DNA of 64,000 nt from assembly GCA_024704765.1 (NCBI GenBank), contig JAKMXF010000066.1, positions 124,001-188,000 on the forward strand, read 5' to 3'. Below, piece after piece: positions 59,486-64,000 of this stretch. The DNA is from Oopsacas minuta (taxonomy: Eukaryota; Animalia; Porifera). The notes under the pieces are model-generated. The model saw only the letters and a program-made list of their open reading frames with translations. It did not search any database and was not told the DNA's origin. The first letter of the stretch is position 1; each line of letters opens with the position of its first letter. Made by a program: the position numbers and the translations under genes.

Positions 59486-61414
59486 ATGCCTCGTATTACC
59501 AAGGGCAACGCTAGAGAGCATTTAGCTAAAGCGATTGCAACGTTTACAAAGGTAACGGGAGAATCTGTAGGGGTTGTCTACTCCTGGAGGGGACAATTAT
59601 CAGTTCTGGGAAGCGATACTTACCAGCAGCATGTTGCTGAAACGAAAGAACAAATTTGGCGAAGCTTAACATTTGAACGCTCTGTGATCGGAGACTCATC
59701 AGTTGTTCGAGATGATTATAAAGAAGATGAAATGATGGACCTGATGAAACAAGATCCACACACACATAATGTCCAGGCGTTAAGAAAGATTTTATCATGG
59801 GGAACTCAAAAGATGAACAGTAAGTTTCTTGTTTTTCTTACCCTTAGTTTTGGAAGCCACCCTTTGTTGTTATTTCGTGGGTACAGGGTATGTACTGCTA
59901 TTGAAACAAATTGGTATGTAATACTTAAGTAAGTAATAATTTGGTAATACGTATATCATATTTTAATTGTAGGAAAACCGCGTAATTTTGGGGGGAAAAG
60001 TGAACTCCGGCCAATATTTTGGCCCAAGGAAATTCCATTTCTCAAGCAATCAAAGAATATGGGCAGAACTACTTTGCTATCTGTTATCAAATCGATGCGC
60101 GAATACTTTTCTCCAGATCTATCTGATAGTTTTAGAGACAGGTCACCTATACATTTATCAAAAGAAGATTGTTTAGATTCAGACTTGGATGACGGGAATA
60201 TATATAATCCAACTTATCATTCACCTTCCTCTCCGAATTCCAATGTGGAAATATCTCTAAATACTTCTCCAGAGAAATGCCCATCGTCTCCACTATATCT
60301 TGGTGAATCGATCCATTCAACACCAAATACCATATCAGAACAGCAACCCGATCACTCACCCTTTACTTCCCCTCAGTCTCTTTTGGATACATCTGTAGTT
60401 TCAATGGCAGGATTATCAGCAGCAAAGGCTTTAATTCCATTAAATGTAACATTTGTGAGAATTTTAGACGAAAAAGTAAGGGATGACTGTCTTAAAGAGC
60501 TATCGAATGACAAAACCTTTCTTAGTGATGTGACTATCAACGCCTTTGGGGTAAGCTCTCTCTATGATTTAATTATATTATATTTCAATACCATTTATAA
60601 CCTACGTTCGCACTTCGCTTCGACAAACAACTAAACAACTTTTACCAGGTTACTTAATAAATTATGTTTAGGTTTTGATAAAGAATAATTATCCAGACAT
60701 TGAAGGATTCCAGGATACTATTTTATCTAAGGTAAATCTATTATTTTGCTTATTTTATCATCCTGAAAATAATTGGCATTTCAAATTGCATGTCTTTTAT
60801 CTTGTTAGAATCGCCAATTTGTTAGAGCAGCACTAAATAGTTTTCAAATACACCACGATGGTAAACTACACTGGAAAGTGTCTAGGATTGGCGATGAAGG
60901 AAATATATCAGTATATGATTCGTTATTAATCCGGGGTCTAAGTGAAGAGCTGGACATCCAACTTGCACTGCTTTATCGAAGCGAGACTGAAGATTTAAAA
61001 GTTACAGTTCAAGAGCTACAACAACAAAGAGGGATTTCAGATTGTGGTGTCTTTGCTATTGTAGTTAGTATCGCGTTGGCGAATGGTTTAGAACCAAGTA
61101 TATTGAGATGGAACCAGGGCAATATGAGACGTCACCTGCGTAATTTCATTATTTCTGAAAAATTATCACCCCTGCCTACAATTTCTGAAAGACTCTGTTC
61201 ACGGATAAAGGTTAATAAGAAGTTGGAATATACAATTGAACTTTGGTGTATTTGTCGTCTACCCGAGTTCGCTTTCAAGAATATGGTGAATTGTCAAGTG
61301 TGTACCCAATGGTTTCACAAACCATGTGTTGGCCTACAGGATATTACACAAAAGGTTTCCTCGTTCATTTGTAAAAGTTGTAACAGCAAAAAGAGTTTAG
61401 TAAAGATACTATAA
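59486..61414 (+). CDS. NRF1/EWG-like DNA-binding domain + S/P-rich linker + Ulp1/C48-like cysteine protease + PHD finger; 525 aa, 4 exons: 59486-59819, 59973-60550, 60672-60731, 60809-61414
   Basis: GT-AG introns (phases 1, 0, 0) join the ORF-track fragments into one 1578-nt frame with no stop. RKPRNFGGKSELRPIFWPKEIPF recalls NRF1 RGKPGWGKESCKPIWWPEDIPW; protease motifs LHW, VYDS and QQQRGISDCGVFA; PHD WCIC...MVNCQVCTQWFHKPCVG...FICKSC. Confidence 0.85.
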
Positions 61415-61424
61415 AGTATACTTG

Positions 61425-63203
61425 TTAATTATCTAGAGTGTCATTTGATGGGGAAGCCTCTACTGCCTTCCGTCCTTCTCTATAGTTATTGAGTAATTCA
61501 ATCTTGGATAGAATAGCCCTTAGAACACCAGCAAGAATAGGATGAAGGGTGAATCCTGTACCAGTAGTACATTGTTCTTTAACTTCACCAAACGAGCTAA
61601 GGAATAGCCTTAGAGTATGCATTTTTTCAAAAATCTCATAAACAGACATGTATCAATTTGGTTACCACAAGAGAGACTAGCAATAGCTTTATTCTCGCAC
61701 TCGCTAAGGATAGAAACAGGAAAAATGCCAGAAATAGGTTCTGATCTGGAGAATAGTTCCATAATAGCTTTAGCATTTGGATAAGTCGGATTAATCACAT
61801 TGACCTCATCAATTACATTGTTAGCGTAAATAATGTACTCTGTAATTTCTTCAAACTCTAAAGAATTGACCATGGTGTGAAACTCGCTTTCACCCAATCC
61901 AAATGAATAGTAACTTTTGATCAATTTTCTGGTTTTTAGATCAGATACCAATACCCTGTTTGATAATGGGACAAACGATAACCTCTGATCTTCCAGGTAT
62001 TCTTCAACTGTATTCGGGAGTTCCTTAATTGTCCCCATTGTTATACCATCCATAATTAAGAATTCTGGAGCTTCTTGGCATAATGGGCAAATATAGCTTG
62101 TCTTATAGTTAATGTCTAACATACGTAAGTACCCATTCCATCCATGCTGTAGTATATGATAACTGAAGGTGAGTTCCCTTCCCATTCTCTCAAATTTATT
62201 ATTCTTTGCTCTAAATACAATAAAGAGTAACCAGATCAACTTTCTAAAATGAATTTGATTTAATTGGTTATATAATTATGACTACCGACCGTAATAGATC
62301 ACTTTCAATCGATATGTATTTCTTTTGTTATTTTGGTATTCGATTGAGTACATAACCAACGGACAAAAAGTATCTAAAATACATACCTCATGTATCCATG
62401 TAGTGTATTCCGAGACATCGTCATAAACTCGCTGTATTCAAATAATACTCCATAGTGGATGAAATAGCGATTGTTGACATTCAGCAGTAAATATTTATTT
62501 CCTTCAAACACAGAGGTGCATTTACAACTTCCTTCACAAGTGGATGTATACACTAAAAATTGGGTAAATAAGCTAGCTTGAATATTAAACGACAAATAAA
62601 AATATATACTATGTAGTATATAATTAAATAACATACCTGTATGTTCTTTTAAATCGAGGACATCATTTTCTGTGTATATAATGATTCCCTTTTTTGCTAC
62701 GACTAGACTTTTGGCAACATATTTATGTCCTTGCTCACAATGCAAAATATCTGGTTCAAGATTTGGGGGTAGAAATAATCCTCGTCTTAACTGTCCATTA
62801 TATATAATGGCCTGGTTCTTACTAAGTTTAAAAGGAAGATATTGTTTAGATATGGTAGAATAATCAAGAGGTTTCTGAGGAACGGGTAACTGATCATTGT
62901 ATTCTGCCATGATTGCCTGTAGAATTAACTTTTCTTGACACATACTACTACAATTGTCGCAATACCACTTCATTTCTTTCCTATATAGGCAATGATAGCC
63001 ATTCTTCAGCAAAAAAATTGTATTTGCACCTAATGTGTAGTAAGTACTGCCAGCATGGGATTTGGATTCGGAATTGTTTAAGGTTCGGAATTCCAAACAC
63101 AATTCATATGCTTGATAATGTGTGCAAGAATTCGTATGACAAGACAAGCATTTCATCAGACAAGTTTCGATCAAAACTTTTTTCTTGGTTAATATTACTT
63201 CAC
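61425..63203 (-). pseudogene. KDZ/Zisupton (HMGXB3-related) transposase remnant, spliced, frameshifted near 61650 and 3'-truncated; probably extends 5' beyond 63203
   Basis: Exons 63203-62637, 62552-62387 and 62243 onward join in frame via GT-AG introns. SWIM-like CLSCHTNSCTH, Cys clusters (CEGSCKC) and YICPLCQEAPEFLIMDG resemble the CxC-to-first-Asp region of KDZ transposases; later catalytic motifs are absent. Confidence 0.65.
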
Positions 63204-64000
63204 CTAGAAAATGAAAACACGAATTGAAACACTATAGGATCTGGGAGTACATTTTTCGAATGTTGTGTGCAAATGATTACAAGGCTGCCAAGCAGCGTTT
63301 GATAAAATTGAATACATGGTAGCTAACTTAGCCACCACCTCGCCTAACTAGGCTAAATTCTTTGGTGGCTTAAGGAAAAAAGCTACGGATTTATCGGGAA
63401 TGCTGCCAAGATGTGTAATATAGTATTATGGATTTGTTCGCAGTTGAATTAAATCTATATTATTTAATCTCAATTGTTTTTTGTCCGTTGAATACCCCGA
63501 GGCGCAATGCGGCGATTTCATCGCGAAGCGACGAGCCAAAGGCTCGTATACTTGTATAGCATTAGGCTCTGTTCTGATTCGAGGTTCGGATTAGCGAGGG
63601 TCACTGTAGTTACATATAGGTGTCATACCATTGATTACTTCAAAATCTGACATGAATACTACAGAGCAATCTTGCAAACGCCAAGCCTTCTGTTTATCAG
63701 CAAGCAGATGTACATATTGATATAGTATTGGAATAGTTAGCTCTTCTTGTGAAAAGATTTCAGTGTATACTTCTTTCTTGGGATGACCTAAAAAAGTATA
63801 TTAGGTAGTGTCGTGTTAAATAGTATAACATTCCATGGAAATGGGCCTTTTCAATACGTAACTTACTTGGTACAACTTCAAACTGCTCTTCTGATATTGT
63901 GATATCTACTGGCGAAACATTTGTCTTCGAAATTTCAATTCCTCCAATGTTGAGGGTTGTTGCAGTAATGTCAAATTTCTCCTCAACTATTCTTCGTTTC

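Noticed and set aside
1-64000. tRNA or rRNA genes
   Set aside because: No cloverleaf or rRNA-like conserved segment recognised by eye; tRNAscan-SE and Infernal would be needed to exclude them.

Overview
AT-rich, gene-dense eukaryotic (animal) DNA with short GT-AG introns and many intronless genes; the compact layout and NHL-repeat expansion suggest an early-branching metazoan such as a sponge (inference only). Host genes: partial SH3 gene, 3-exon PBX homeobox, CapA/PGA_cap-like protein, a convergent pair of AID/APOBEC-like deaminases, an orphan multi-pass membrane protein, three NHL-repeat genes (two from a 2.1-kb tandem duplication), UMPS, ALG9, Lines (LINS1-like), a frameshifted group II PLP decarboxylase, three small membrane-protein paralogs with variable N-termini, a DNAJB-type chaperone, TAB1-like, a stand-alone DUSP-UBL protein and a 4-exon PH-only gene. 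Mobile DNA: many MITEs, Helitron-like repeats, a decayed MULE with a C-terminal RING finger interrupted by a hAT element, a 3.3-kb Transib/RAG1-like element with a 5-bp TSD and asymmetric RSS-like ends, and a truncated KDZ/Zisupton-like transposase. Top leads: (1) an intact 4-exon gene joining an NRF1/EWG-like DNA-binding domain to a Ulp1-type protease and PHD finger, preceded by a tandem array of near-NRF1 sites and converging on the KDZ remnant; (2) the RAG1-like element with CACAGTG heptamer ends and 10/19 spacer asymmetry; (3) the AID/APOBEC-like pair; (4) the variable-ectodomain membrane trio. All family calls are by-eye motif recognition; no searches were run.
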